Below are positions 48,562 to 59,276 of a stretch of 64,000 nucleotides of DNA, one piece after another; positions within the stretch are counted from its first letter, which is position 1, and every line of letters starts with the position of its first letter. The notes under the pieces were generated by a model. It saw nothing but the letters and a program-made list of their open reading frames with translations, did no database searches and was not told where the DNA came from. Source of the DNA: Ignavibacteriota bacterium (GTDB taxonomy: Bacteria > Bacteroidota > Ignavibacteria > Palsa-1295); contig CAWCCK010000003.1 in assembly GCA_963794025.1 (NCBI GenBank), forward strand, positions 2,414-66,413, written 5' to 3'. Both the position numbers and the translations under genes were made by a program.

Positions 48562-49674
48562 ATGCCTTCTACGAATTTCGATCGAATCATGATGCAGCGC
48601 GCGCTATTGCTTGCGCGGGCGGGTATGGGCTACGTCAGCCCGAATCCGTTGGTGGGCTGCGTTATTACGAACACGAACGGCGTGGTTTTGGGCGAAGGCG
48701 CGCACCTCGCTTTTGGCGGGCCACATGCGGAAGTAAATGCGATTCAGGATGCAGAATCGAAAGGATATGATGTGCGTGGCGCAACAGCGTTCGTCACGCT
48801 GGAACCCCACGCGCATCATGGCAAAACGCCGCCTTGTACGAAGCTGCTCATCGAAAAAGGAATTGCGCGGTGTGTAATCGCGATGGAAGATCCCAATCCG
48901 AACGTAAGCGGCGCGGGAACCCGCGAATTGCGCGCTGCGGGAATTGCAGTAGAGATCGGCCTTCTCGAACGCGAAGCGCGGGAATTAAACAGATTTTTTA
49001 TCAAGCATATCACAACGGGACTTTCCTATGTTACGATGAAACTCGCATCCACGCTCGATGGCCGAAGCGCATTGGCAAATGGCGAATCGAAATGGATCAC
49101 ATCGGAGGCTTCGCGTAGAAAAGTTCACGAAATGCGCGCATCGCACGATGCTATACTCATCGGTACGCGCACCGCGCTTGCGGACGATCCCGCGCTCACG
49201 GTGCGCCTCGCAAACGGACGCCAACCGCTAAGGCTCGTCCTCGATGCGCGGCTCGAACTTCCATCCACGCTCACACTTTTCACGGATGAGCATCGCGCGA
49301 AAACTATTATTATCACAACGCGGGAAGCGATCAAATCGAAAGGGCAAGTATTCATCGTGATGGGAATTGAACTGATGGCTATCGAAGGGAGCGGGGAAAG
49401 GATCGATCTTTCGCAAATGCTTCGTCAACTTGGCGCAAGAAATATCACAAGTGTTTTAGTAGAACCTGGCGCAACGCTTGCGGCAAGCATTATCCGAGAA
49501 AATCTTTTCGATGAACTCGCTATTTTTTATGGGCCGATGATCTTTGGTGGCGATGCGAGGGCTTCTGTCGGGCCGCTCGATCGGCTCTCAATCGAAGGAG
49601 CGCCAAATCTCCTCCTCAAAAATGTGGAGCAGGTTGAAGGCTCCAATGACGTGCTGATGAGATTTACACATTAA
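48562..49674 (+). CDS. ribD: Bifunctional riboflavin biosynthesis deaminase/reductase.
   Basis: CMP/dCMP deaminase zinc motif (…HAEVNAI…PCTKC-like …EPHAHHGKTPPC) plus a C-terminal RibG reductase domain. Confidence 0.9.
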   Translation: MPSTNFDRIMMQRALLLARAGMGYVSPNPLVGCVITNTNGVVLGEGAHLAFGGPHAEVNAIQDAESKGYDVRGATAFVTLEPHAHHGKTPPCTKLLIEKGIARCVIAMEDPNPNVSGAGTRELRAAGIAVEIGLLEREARELNRFFIKHITTGLSYVTMKLASTLDGRSALANGESKWITSEASRRKVHEMRASHDAILIGTRTALADDPALTVRLANGRQPLRLVLDARLELPSTLTLFTDEHRAKTIIITTREAIKSKGQVFIVMGIELMAIEGSGERIDLSQMLRQLGARNITSVLVEPGATLAASIIRENLFDELAIFYGPMIFGGDARASVGPLDRLSIEGAPNLLLKNVEQVEGSNDVLMRFTH

Positions 49675-49698
49675 AGTTCACCCAACTAAAGTTGGGCG

Positions 49699-50619
49699 AT
49701 GTGCGGTTTACGCATCATGCTTATTTCTATGACCGGCTTTGGCCGCAGCGAACGCACCGTCGCGATCGAAGGCTCGAACGCATCCGTTACCGTCAGCGTA
49801 GAAGCGCGCAGCGTGAACTCGCGCTTTATCGAAATTGCGGTGCGCCTGCCGCGCACGCTCTCCGAACGCGAGCTGGAATGCCGCGAACTCCTCCGCAAGC
49901 GCCTCGAACGCGGAAAAATTTCGTTGAACGTTTCCATCGATCGGCAAGGATCGGAGGATATTCCGCTTCATGTCAATGAATCCGTTGCGAAAGCGTATTT
50001 CAAATTGCTCGATCAGCTCAGAACAGCTACGGGACTCACGGCTGAAATTCAACTGCGCGATCTCACAGCCTTCGGTGATATTTTCACGGCGGAAGAAGCG
50101 GGCACGGATGTTGCACATCTCGAATGGGAACTCACGCAAGCCGCGATCGATGAAGCCATTGTGCAGCTAAACGCCATGCGTAAATCGGAAGGCGGCGAAC
50201 TCGAACGCGACATCCGCGCGCGCCTTGCAAACATGGAAGCCCGATCGGCCGACATCGAACGCCTTTCCAAACTTGCCGCACAAAACGAGTATGATAAGCT
50301 GAAAGCGCGGGTGCTGGAACTTACGAAAGATACGCAAGTCCTCGCCGAACAACGGCTGGAACTCGAGATCGCGCTGATAGCGGAACACTTGGATATTACC
50401 GAAGAACTTGTCCGATTCCGTTCCCATGTTAAATTCTTTCTCGAAGCAATGGACGCGCCGGAATCCGCAGGAAGAAAACTAAATTTTATCTTGCAAGAAA
50501 TGAACCGCGAAGTCAATACGATGGGATCGAAAACAAATTCTGCCGAAGTCGCGCGGCACGTCGTGTATATCAAGGAAGAGCTCGAAAAAATGCGCGAGCA
50601 GATACAAAACATTGAATAG
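49699..50619 (+). CDS. yicC: YicC/YloC-family stress-induced protein (probable start at 49717).
   Basis: MTGFGRSE… start, YicC N-terminal domain, C-terminal DUF1732-like helix (…FILQEMNREVNTMGSK…). Confidence 0.8.
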   Translation: MCGLRIMLISMTGFGRSERTVAIEGSNASVTVSVEARSVNSRFIEIAVRLPRTLSERELECRELLRKRLERGKISLNVSIDRQGSEDIPLHVNESVAKAYFKLLDQLRTATGLTAEIQLRDLTAFGDIFTAEEAGTDVAHLEWELTQAAIDEAIVQLNAMRKSEGGELERDIRARLANMEARSADIERLSKLAAQNEYDKLKARVLELTKDTQVLAEQRLELEIALIAEHLDITEELVRFRSHVKFFLEAMDAPESAGRKLNFILQEMNREVNTMGSKTNSAEVARHVVYIKEELEKMREQIQNIE

Positions 50620-50628
50620 TAACGGATA

Positions 50629-51558
50629 GTGTATAGTGGAAAGTGGATAACGGATAGGAGAGGTCACTTTGCGTTTGGCATTGTGGTTGCGTTTCTGCTT
50701 TTTATTTCGTCTGTGGCGCATAGTCAGCTATCGCACCTTGACGATTCTATTTTTGCCGCAAAAATAAAACAAGCAAAGGCAGAAAAAATAGACACGCTCC
50801 CCATCGGCGAACGCATTGCTGCGATGGGCAAGCTTTTTCTGGGAACTGTGTATGTTGCTCACACGCTTGACGAGGATGCGTCGAAAGAACGCTTAGTCGT
50901 CGATCTACGCGGCTTCGATTGTGTAACCTTTTATGAGAACATGCTGGCGTTTGCGTGGATCATCCGTGAATTTGAACATCCTACCATATCGAATTTCGAA
51001 CAAGCACTCATGCTCCTTCGCTATCGGAATGGAAAGATCGATGGTTTCCATTCTCGTTTAAATTACACGATCGATTATTTTTATAGTAACGAGAAAAAGG
51101 ATGCACTTACTGTCAGAACTCACCAAGTTGGCGGGCAATATGCAAGGTATGATGACCGCGAAATCAATTTCATGACGACTCACCGTTCGCTTTACAAACA
51201 ACTCGCAACAAGCGATTCAGAATATAACGTGATGCTTCAAATCGAGAAAGATATTCACGCGCGAAAAGATTTTTATTATATTCCCAAAGCAGACATTCCT
51301 AAAATTGAATCAAAGATTGAGACCGGTGATATTCTTGGCATTACTACGAATATCCCCGGCTTGGATTGTTCACACACAGGAATTGCAATTCGAATGCAGG
51401 ATGGTCGGATACATTTCATGCATGCTTCGAGTTTAATGGGGAAAGTGATTATTAGCGATGAACCACTATCCGATTATTTGACGCACAGCAATCATCAAAC
51501 TGGAATCATCGTTACGCGACCTCTCGACTATAATCTACATGTTCATTTTAAACTATAG
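50629..51558 (+). CDS. DUF1460-family protein (secreted; papain-like / amidase-like fold candidate).
   Basis: Signal peptide, then …LFLGTVYVAHTLDED…LVVDLRGFDCVTF… conserved block. Confidence 0.5.
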   Translation: MYSGKWITDRRGHFAFGIVVAFLLFISSVAHSQLSHLDDSIFAAKIKQAKAEKIDTLPIGERIAAMGKLFLGTVYVAHTLDEDASKERLVVDLRGFDCVTFYENMLAFAWIIREFEHPTISNFEQALMLLRYRNGKIDGFHSRLNYTIDYFYSNEKKDALTVRTHQVGGQYARYDDREINFMTTHRSLYKQLATSDSEYNVMLQIEKDIHARKDFYYIPKADIPKIESKIETGDILGITTNIPGLDCSHTGIAIRMQDGRIHFMHASSLMGKVIISDEPLSDYLTHSNHQTGIIVTRPLDYNLHVHFKL

Positions 51559-51912
51559 ATGGTTACCAAAGAAGAAGTACAAAAAGTAGCAGATCTGGCA
51601 AAATTGGAATTCGCTCCGAGCGAGCTTGAATCGCTTACGGGCGAATTGAATAACATTTTAGGTTACATCGATCAGCTTAAAGAGCTGGATGTAAGGAACG
51701 TCGCGCCATTAGAAAATTTGAACGAAGCGTTCGAGCATGGTTCATCAACCCTACGCGCCGATGTGGAGCGCGATTGTCTTCCCGTAGAAGTAGCGCTGCG
51801 TAACGCGCCGAAAGCTGCCGATGGATATTTCCTGGTTCCCAAAGTGCTGGTAACGGAAATAAAAAAGCCGATTGCGATTAATAGCGATGACGAAGAAGAC
51901 GAACTTCTCTAA
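51559..51912 (+). CDS. gatC: Glutamyl/aspartyl-tRNA amidotransferase subunit C.
   Basis: …EEVQKVADLAKLEF…ELNNILGYIDQL…. Confidence 0.85.
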   Translation: MVTKEEVQKVADLAKLEFAPSELESLTGELNNILGYIDQLKELDVRNVAPLENLNEAFEHGSSTLRADVERDCLPVEVALRNAPKAADGYFLVPKVLVTEIKKPIAINSDDEEDELL

Positions 51913-51914
51913 AT

Positions 51915-52988
51915 TTACCTACAACTCGATTCGATCGCGCGATCCCAATGCTGGATCATCGCATACTGCTCTTCTTCGGTAAGGGCAACAAGCGAGAGCG
52001 GAAGATGTTGTACCCACGCAGCTTCTAAGTCTCCAAGCGAACTGCCAAAAAAGGTGCGAAACGTTTCATCGGTGATGGCATTGTCGCTTTTCGAGAACGT
52101 AACAACGCGGTCATCGCTGAAGGTATCGCCCAAATAGAGCATAAAAGCTCCCGCAAGAATGCGTTCCCGCACCTTCAGCGCATCCTGGGAAGCATTCCAA
52201 ACATCCGGTAAATGGAGATCGTGTTTGTGATACAGATGATGCGCGATGATGTCCGGCTCCGCGCCGTAGAATGGGAACAGATCCGGCTGCGTAGAAAGCC
52301 GCTCGCTTAAAAAAAGACTAAAGCCTTCTTCCAATACTGCCCAACCCGGAGTAGCGTGATAATGCCGCGCATACCGCGAAACCCGCATCGCATGCGTGAG
52401 CAATCCGGCCAGTTCCGAATGAACGGAACGCGTGCCGCTTTCAACCAGATAAAAAGCGCGCTCCTCAAGATTAAAATGCGGCCACACGCTGCGTCCCAGC
52501 AAACCCGTAGCCCGCTGATCGACCACATAGACCTGGAACCTATCCGTGAAAGACTCGTGTGTGAAATGAAAGATCAGCGTGTACGCAATTTCCAGCGATT
52601 CGTTCAGCATAACCGCGCGCGGCTCCGAAAACGCATTGCGATCGTAGGCAAGCTGAAAATGTGAACTGGCACGATGCGCCCATTGCACGCGCGCACGAAG
52701 TTCCTGATCGCTTAATGCAAGCTGCGGCTTCGGCGTAATGACGCGCGTTGGGCGAGGTTCCGATTCTCTGGAAATTACGGAAGACGCAAGCAAACCTCCT
52801 GCGGCGGGTTCCATGCCCGCTGCTTCAGCACGATCGACCATGCCCGCATGATCGCTCATGCTTGCATGATTACTCATGCTTGCATGATTACTCATGTTTG
52901 CATGATCGGTCATGTGGTCGGAATTTTTTTCGAATGCAACTGCCATTCTTAATTCGCTGTGTTTTGCCGAAGGGTGATCCAAACCCAT
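51915..52988 (-). CDS. Hypothetical protein with N-terminal His/Met/Ser-rich hexapeptide repeats (MSNHAS x3). Start uncertain.
   Basis: 18-nt tandem repeat at about 52850-52910. No domain recognised. Confidence 0.45.
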   Translation of the reverse strand: MGLDHPSAKHSELRMAVAFEKNSDHMTDHANMSNHASMSNHASMSDHAGMVDRAEAAGMEPAAGGLLASSVISRESEPRPTRVITPKPQLALSDQELRARVQWAHRASSHFQLAYDRNAFSEPRAVMLNESLEIAYTLIFHFTHESFTDRFQVYVVDQRATGLLGRSVWPHFNLEERAFYLVESGTRSVHSELAGLLTHAMRVSRYARHYHATPGWAVLEEGFSLFLSERLSTQPDLFPFYGAEPDIIAHHLYHKHDLHLPDVWNASQDALKVRERILAGAFMLYLGDTFSDDRVVTFSKSDNAITDETFRTFFGSSLGDLEAAWVQHLPLSLVALTEEEQYAMIQHWDRAIESSCR

Positions 52989-53147
52989 ATTTCCCCTTTA
53001 TTATGAATGAATATACGTTCAAATGAGTTCAAATTCACGAAAAGCGCATTTTTTTATTTAGCGCCGATCCGATAGAATTGTAGCCAACCGCACGAATATG
53101 GCTAAAGAATGGGGAATTGCAAGCTGATTTCGATGTTGTGAGGTGAA

Positions 53148-54260
53148 ATGCGTAAAGAATCAGCACCGGAATTTTTTGGACGTTCCCGCGAAGAGCTATG
53201 GGAGCTTTTGCGGGAAGAGCTTGCTATTCCCGAGCAATTTCGAGCGGACCAAATTTATGAATGGCTCTACGCTCGGCGCGCGCGTTCTTTTTCTGAGATG
53301 TCAAACCTTCCCAAAGATCTTCGGAAGGCGCTTGAAGCACGATTTATCCTTCCCACGCTCACCGCGCAGCACGTTTCTGAAAGTGTTGATGGAACGAAGA
53401 AATTTTTGTTCCATTTAGAGGATGATCGTTCCATTGAAACCGTGCTTATCCCAAGCGAAATGCGAGGGGAACGTATTCCACGCCGGACACTGTGCGTTTC
53501 CACGCAAGTCGGCTGTCCGCTCGATTGCAAGTTTTGCGCAACGGCCTCTCTAAAACTAAAACGGAATCTAACGACAGCAGAAATTCTTCTGCAAATTTTC
53601 GAGGTGGAACGATTGACAGGTGAAACGATAACGAATCTCGTGTTCATGGGCATGGGCGAGCCGATGTTGAATTATGAAAACCTCGTTCGAGCGCTAAAAA
53701 TAATTACCGATCCGAAAACGGAAATGCTTATCTCTCGACGGGTAACTGTTTCTACGAGCGGCATTCCGGACGCAATCAAAACTTTTGCGAATGAAGGATT
53801 GAATGTGAAGCTCGCGCTCAGTCTTCATGCGACAACGAACGCGCTTCGCACGCGGCTCATGCCGATCAACAAACGGTATCCGCTGGAAGAGGTGCTTTCC
53901 GCGATGGAATCATATTACAAGATCACGGGTCGCCCGGTGACGTATGAATACATTGTATTCGATGGCCTGAACGACGCACCTGCCGATGCAGCACGGTTAG
54001 CAAAAATTGCGAGGCGGGTTCCAAGCCGCGTGAATATCATTCCCTTTCATCCGATCGATTTTACACACCCAACCGGCTTCGCGGCAGAGCTTCGTCCAGC
54101 AAGCAAAACAGCGTTCGACCGTTTTATTGCTTCGCTAAAAGATGTCGGCGTAACCGCGCTTGTCCGCACCAGTTCCGGGAAGGATATTGAAGCCGCCTGC
54201 GGCCAACTCGCACTCGCGGAATTACAACCTACGCTTATTTCGTTAGATGTTCACATTTGA
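53148..54260 (+). CDS. rlmN: Radical SAM 23S rRNA (adenine2503-C2)-methyltransferase.
   Basis: CPLDCKFCAT radical SAM cluster. RlmN/Cfr family layout. C-terminal …GKDIEAACGQLA…. Confidence 0.9.
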   Translation: MRKESAPEFFGRSREELWELLREELAIPEQFRADQIYEWLYARRARSFSEMSNLPKDLRKALEARFILPTLTAQHVSESVDGTKKFLFHLEDDRSIETVLIPSEMRGERIPRRTLCVSTQVGCPLDCKFCATASLKLKRNLTTAEILLQIFEVERLTGETITNLVFMGMGEPMLNYENLVRALKIITDPKTEMLISRRVTVSTSGIPDAIKTFANEGLNVKLALSLHATTNALRTRLMPINKRYPLEEVLSAMESYYKITGRPVTYEYIVFDGLNDAPADAARLAKIARRVPSRVNIIPFHPIDFTHPTGFAAELRPASKTAFDRFIASLKDVGVTALVRTSSGKDIEAACGQLALAELQPTLISLDVHI

Positions 54261-54266
54261 GATGCT

Positions 54267-54725
54267 ATGACCCGCAGGATTTTTTATCTATTTTTTCTTT
54301 CGATCTGTCTCGCTTCGTGCGCAAGCCAGCAATCTACGCATTGGGTGTTGCGGACGGAATTGCAGCCAGCTCCCCAGCCGAACATCAAGAGCGTGGAACT
54401 AATGAATGGCTCCATTCTTGAGTTCAACTCCTCCCGTGGATGGTACGATATTGGGAAGCACAGTATCGAAGGCGTGACGCTCACGGGCTGGCATCCTACG
54501 ATACCCATTGCCAACGTTCAGCGTGTGGAAATACAAGATGGAGATTCAGATACCGGCAATAATATTATGAAAGGCATTGGCATTGCACTGCTGATCTATC
54601 TTGGATTGGGAATCATTGGCGGTATCATCCTCCTGAATCAAATTTCCTCGCATGGAGGTTGTCTGGCATTGATAGCCGTATTCGCCGTTACAACGACAGC
54701 CGCCGCGATCTTTATTTTCGCTTGA
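54267..54725 (+). CDS. Hypothetical lipoprotein with C-terminal TM helices.
   Basis: Lipobox LASCAS. Hydrophobic C-terminus. Confidence 0.45.
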   Translation: MTRRIFYLFFLSICLASCASQQSTHWVLRTELQPAPQPNIKSVELMNGSILEFNSSRGWYDIGKHSIEGVTLTGWHPTIPIANVQRVEIQDGDSDTGNNIMKGIGIALLIYLGLGIIGGIILLNQISSHGGCLALIAVFAVTTTAAAIFIFA

Positions 54726-54732
54726 GCAATTA

Positions 54733-57700
54733 TTATCGCAAGATCACCAGCGCGCCTTCGGCATGATAATCGAGGCTCGTGAGGCGATAGACGTAGCGCC
54801 CTTCCGGCAGACCAGACACATCCAACACAAGTGTATGCGTGCCGGTACTTAGAGTTCCCACATCACTGTGCTTCACGATCTGACCGATGGCATTGTAAAA
54901 ATCGAGCGTGACGGGCGCATTCCATCCTATTTCAAATGCGAGCGTCGCGTTATCGCCTGCCGGATTGGGAACGATAGCATTCGTCGTATACGGTCCGGCG
55001 AAGACCACGCCTTGCGCCGGCCCGCCGCAATCTTCGACGATAAATTCCCCATCGCTCGCGGACTCATCCGCTAACGGATCGGAGGAAGCCTCGATGACGT
55101 GAAGGTACGAAGTATCGTGAGGCCCCAGCAGCGCCTGCGTGTACAGCCGCATGACCGTATCATTGAGCGTAAAATTACTCCGCGCAATGCTTGCTTCGAC
55201 CGTGCTATCGTTGAGATGGATAAACTTTGCAGTATCTGTGATTGTGCCGCCATCCGCGCCGGACATCATCACCATTTGGGGATCGAAACGAACATCGAGT
55301 ATCACGCTGTCGTCGTTTATTTGTGCAAGACGCACGCCGGTTATAAGAATGGGGATGGAATCATTCTGTCCCGGTTCCTCCACACGAGTGGGAACGCTAT
55401 ATCCGAAATCAGGACCGTTTATAGACGAATACGTTCCCGAACCTGATACGGCAACGGTTAGTATGCTGTCGTGGTAGGAAGTAAGGAAGCTAAGCGTAGC
55501 CTGGATTTGCCGCGTTCGAACGGGGGTAAACGTCACGGTATCGAAGCGCGTCGAATCCGGCAGAATGGCTTCGCCGGGCAAGATCGAGCTTGCGACGAAT
55601 GCAGGGTCGGAACTATAAATGGAGTCGATATACAGTGGGTACGTGCCTACATTTTTGATGCGAACCGGCCCGACGTGGAACGATGTGCCGATAAGAATGG
55701 CTGGGAGCGGAATCGAATCCGGGCTGATAGACGGATGCGCTTCTACGCCCCGCGCGGAGAGTGGAACCATCTCGGAATCCGTTCCCGAATGAATAACGAG
55801 GTAGTCCGTATCGAATTGCTCCAAATGGGCGTGGTACGTTACGTGAAGTGTCAGCGTATCCTGCACATTTTTAATGGTGTAGGGCAGCGTTGAACTTGCG
55901 GTGTCATAGAACGAGTCGCGTGGCAAAGGGGTGGTGTAGAATACGCTCACGCTATCGATCGTTGGGAAATCATTCGTTGCAAAAAGAGAGAGCGGAAGTG
56001 CGGAATCATTCCCAATATGCACATTGCCGAAATCAAGGCCGACCGCGCTTAACTGTAACCCTTGTTCCGTTCCGAAACCGCTAAGAAGAACGGTATCCGT
56101 GTGACCATCCCACGAGAGGAAAAGCATCCCTTTTATAAGTCCCGTCTGCAACCCAGGATTAAAGGTGACCGCGATAGAATCGCTCATAAGCGGCGCAAGC
56201 AGCGAGGGTTGTTGTACCGTAAAAACGGGTATGCTGCATACCGCAGTGAGCAACGCAGCCACGTTCCCTGCGTTAGAATCATACACCATGAGCGTCCTGG
56301 TGGAATTCGTGAGCACATAACCGAAATCGCGGAACGCAGGATGAACAAGGACATCCGGCGCAAGCCCGACGCCACGCAGCGAAATAGTTCTCGGCGCAAT
56401 ACTATCGCCGGATATTTGCAGCGACGACGAAAACGTTCCGAACGACGTGGGCTGAAATTGCATGCAGAGGTAGATGGTATCGCCGCTCGCAAGTATCGTA
56501 TCTTCGGGCATTTGGGTAACTTTGAATGACCCTCCCATAAGCGAGGAACTGTCTAATTGCAGGCCAATGGGCTGGCAGCTTGGGTTCGTTATCGCAATAC
56601 AATAGGTTACCGAATCGCCGACGAGAATGCTATCGAAATCATGCAGGGTATCGCTCAGTGCGATTTTAGGCTCCGGTCCGCCCATCCCGTGCAGTGGGAG
56701 CGAAAACGAAGTTCCACAGCTATCGACCACAACCGTGAGTGTTCCCAAATACTCTTGCATGCTGTCCGGAGTGAACGCAATTTGAAATTGGCCACTGCCA
56801 CCGATCGTAGATGGGCGCTTGAGCAATGTGAAACCGGAACCCGTGACGGTTGCACTTATTACATCGATCGAATCAATCCCTTCATCGTTCAACGTGAACA
56901 TTTTATCGGACGTAGTTCCTGGGCAGACCGTATCAAATTCACCGATGGAACCCGTCCATCCTGCCTTTGCAATTTCGCGGGAACCCCTGAGATGGAACGA
57001 CGCTGCCGCACAGCCATCGAACGAAACAAAACTAAAGGTTCCGGTATCGAGTGCGCCGAGCGTGGGCGCATACGTTACCCAGATGGCCTGTGACCCCCCC
57101 GGCGGAACGATCACCGGGGAGGGAAATAGCGCAATAGAAAATCGAAGCGAACCCGTGTATGTGTTCGTTCCGAACGTAACTGTATCCGAAGTCGTGTTCC
57201 TAAGTGTATCCTGTTCTGAAATGGAATCAGTTTCGCATCCACGGCCAAACATCAGTTGAGGCGTACTGAAAGAAATTCCCTGAAATCCAAATTGCCCTTT
57301 AAACATAGCCGTTCCCGTACCGCAGGGCGACATCTGTAAATATGCCGTATCGACAAAAGCACCATTGGTTGCGGGATCAAGCACCAACTGCACGGGGACA
57401 CTACCGTGTGCTGGGATCGTAAGTGGAAAGAACGGGGTGTTTTCAAAAATAGCATTCTGGGAAAACGCGATGGTATCGAGATCGATGGGAATGTTATTCG
57501 GGTTGGAGACGACGATCGTCGTATCCTTTGCTTGACATAAGATTCCCATCTCCAGCGTCGGCGTAGTTACCGGTGCGGGCGGCGTAAGCGTGATGGAAAG
57601 CGTCGTTGCGGTATCGACAGAACAGAAAAATGTTTTGAGTTTGAGAAGCGGCGTCGCAAGGCCGCAAATGGTATCGTGCAAACGCACGCGAACCTGAAGT

Positions 57701-59274
57701 GTATCGCCGGGCGATTTAAGAACCCCGATCCGTCCGTCAAGTAGTTCCAGCACCGTGGTATCCGAGGAGCCGATCGCGGAAATTTCATTCGGCACGTCGC
57801 CGGTATTTGTCACAAGGACGGTCGTATCGCGTGTAACGCCAGCCCGTGTGCTCGGAGCGGAGCCGAAATCAATAGTTGCGGGCATAGATAGTTCCGCGCG
57901 TTCGCGGACAGCCGTAACATTCACAACCGCTATGCGGGAGCATTTATCCAATGCAAAGCCCATCGTTGTGCTGAGAGGGCCGCGCGTTCCGCTTAGCAAC
58001 TGCACCTGGATAATCGTATCCTGATGGGGCGCTAACGTAATTGGGAACCCGCTTAACACTGTTACGATCGAATCGGAAGGAAGAATAACATTTACAATCG
58101 TAACAGAATCGGTGACGCTGGTATTGGTGAGCGTAAGGGTTTTCACGGCGGGTAGCAGGCACTGCGTAAGCCCGCCAAAATTCAACGTTGCAGGATTGCT
58201 GGTGAGGCCCACGCTGTCATACGCCGCCTGGATGCCGATCACAATTCTGCCGCCGCAATTCGTTGAAGTTGCGATGTACAGCGAGTCGGTAAAACTCCCG
58301 CCCTCATCCGGCTCGAAATGCAAACGGAGCGAATCGACGATATTCGAATCGGCTGGAAGTGTGAACGGCGAGTTGGGAACGATAGAAAAGGCCACACCCA
58401 GGCGGAACCCGACCGTATCGACGTACAACGGCACGGAACCGAGATTACGCACATGGATCACAGTATCGAAGAAGGAAGCGCAACGCAGCGTGGGAATGAT
58501 AATGTTCTTTTCGACCGATGCAAGCTCGTATCCCGGTGAACCATTCTGCATAGGCGAACTCGAAGGAACGATCTCGACATTTGCCCCGCGCAGGAACCCA
58601 TCCCGGCCATGCCCGGAAAAATCATGCGCGCGTGATGAGCCGGCTGGGTCGTCAAACGTATAGTAAAGTACGAGACCAGAATCATTCCCGTTCATGGTTT
58701 GATACATGGACTGACGTATTGCCGCAAGCGGGCGCGGGATATTCCACAGGCGTAGCTCATCGATCGAACCGGTGAACCCGGCGCCGATCCAACTCAGGCC
58801 GATCCGCACACTATCCACATTCGAATCGATCGCTGTATATGGAGCATTCACGCTTGACACTTCGATGGAATCGACATAGAACCGGGCGCTATCGTTTGGC
58901 GTGAACACGAACGCGAAATGATGCCAATTTGCGGATGAATCCACCGTTGGAGTATAATCCGAAATGGGATTTGCTTCGCGCATTATTCCATAGAGGGTGG
59001 AATCATTCTTGTAAAAGATCCCATAATCGCCTTTATCTACGAGCGCCGCGCCCGTGGTTGCCGCACTAACTTTAGCCCAGCATTCGATCGTGAATCCTTT
59101 GCTCAGGTTGAGCGCGGCAGCGCCGGGCGTTGCCACATAGGAACCCGGACTCGTGATCGTAAGCATATTCCGCGAGCAATCCTGCGCGTATAGCGTAGGC
59201 GCGCACCACACGCTCGCGACGATCAGGACGATCGCGCGAATGAAATGGCGATATGGTATGCTTCGGTGCGTCAC
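54733..59274 (-). CDS. Very large (1513 aa) secreted surface protein with N-terminal LamG/concanavalin-like lectin domain, multiple Ig-like beta-sandwich repeats and T9SS C-terminal sorting domain.
   Basis: Signal peptide. LamG-like block (…GFTIECWAKV…WHHFAFVF…GSIDELRLWN…). C-terminus …DFYNAIGQIVKHS…GRYVYRLTSLDYHAEGALVILR. Confidence 0.7.
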   Translation of the reverse strand: MTHRSIPYRHFIRAIVLIVASVWCAPTLYAQDCSRNMLTITSPGSYVATPGAAALNLSKGFTIECWAKVSAATTGAALVDKGDYGIFYKNDSTLYGIMREANPISDYTPTVDSSANWHHFAFVFTPNDSARFYVDSIEVSSVNAPYTAIDSNVDSVRIGLSWIGAGFTGSIDELRLWNIPRPLAAIRQSMYQTMNGNDSGLVLYYTFDDPAGSSRAHDFSGHGRDGFLRGANVEIVPSSSPMQNGSPGYELASVEKNIIIPTLRCASFFDTVIHVRNLGSVPLYVDTVGFRLGVAFSIVPNSPFTLPADSNIVDSLRLHFEPDEGGSFTDSLYIATSTNCGGRIVIGIQAAYDSVGLTSNPATLNFGGLTQCLLPAVKTLTLTNTSVTDSVTIVNVILPSDSIVTVLSGFPITLAPHQDTIIQVQLLSGTRGPLSTTMGFALDKCSRIAVVNVTAVRERAELSMPATIDFGSAPSTRAGVTRDTTVLVTNTGDVPNEISAIGSSDTTVLELLDGRIGVLKSPGDTLQVRVRLHDTICGLATPLLKLKTFFCSVDTATTLSITLTPPAPVTTPTLEMGILCQAKDTTIVVSNPNNIPIDLDTIAFSQNAIFENTPFFPLTIPAHGSVPVQLVLDPATNGAFVDTAYLQMSPCGTGTAMFKGQFGFQGISFSTPQLMFGRGCETDSISEQDTLRNTTSDTVTFGTNTYTGSLRFSIALFPSPVIVPPGGSQAIWVTYAPTLGALDTGTFSFVSFDGCAAASFHLRGSREIAKAGWTGSIGEFDTVCPGTTSDKMFTLNDEGIDSIDVISATVTGSGFTLLKRPSTIGGSGQFQIAFTPDSMQEYLGTLTVVVDSCGTSFSLPLHGMGGPEPKIALSDTLHDFDSILVGDSVTYCIAITNPSCQPIGLQLDSSSLMGGSFKVTQMPEDTILASGDTIYLCMQFQPTSFGTFSSSLQISGDSIAPRTISLRGVGLAPDVLVHPAFRDFGYVLTNSTRTLMVYDSNAGNVAALLTAVCSIPVFTVQQPSLLAPLMSDSIAVTFNPGLQTGLIKGMLFLSWDGHTDTVLLSGFGTEQGLQLSAVGLDFGNVHIGNDSALPLSLFATNDFPTIDSVSVFYTTPLPRDSFYDTASSTLPYTIKNVQDTLTLHVTYHAHLEQFDTDYLVIHSGTDSEMVPLSARGVEAHPSISPDSIPLPAILIGTSFHVGPVRIKNVGTYPLYIDSIYSSDPAFVASSILPGEAILPDSTRFDTVTFTPVRTRQIQATLSFLTSYHDSILTVAVSGSGTYSSINGPDFGYSVPTRVEEPGQNDSIPILITGVRLAQINDDSVILDVRFDPQMVMMSGADGGTITDTAKFIHLNDSTVEASIARSNFTLNDTVMRLYTQALLGPHDTSYLHVIEASSDPLADESASDGEFIVEDCGGPAQGVVFAGPYTTNAIVPNPAGDNATLAFEIGWNAPVTLDFYNAIGQIVKHSDVGTLSTGTHTLVLDVSGLPEGRYVYRLTSLDYHAEGALVILR

Positions 59275-59276
59275 GG

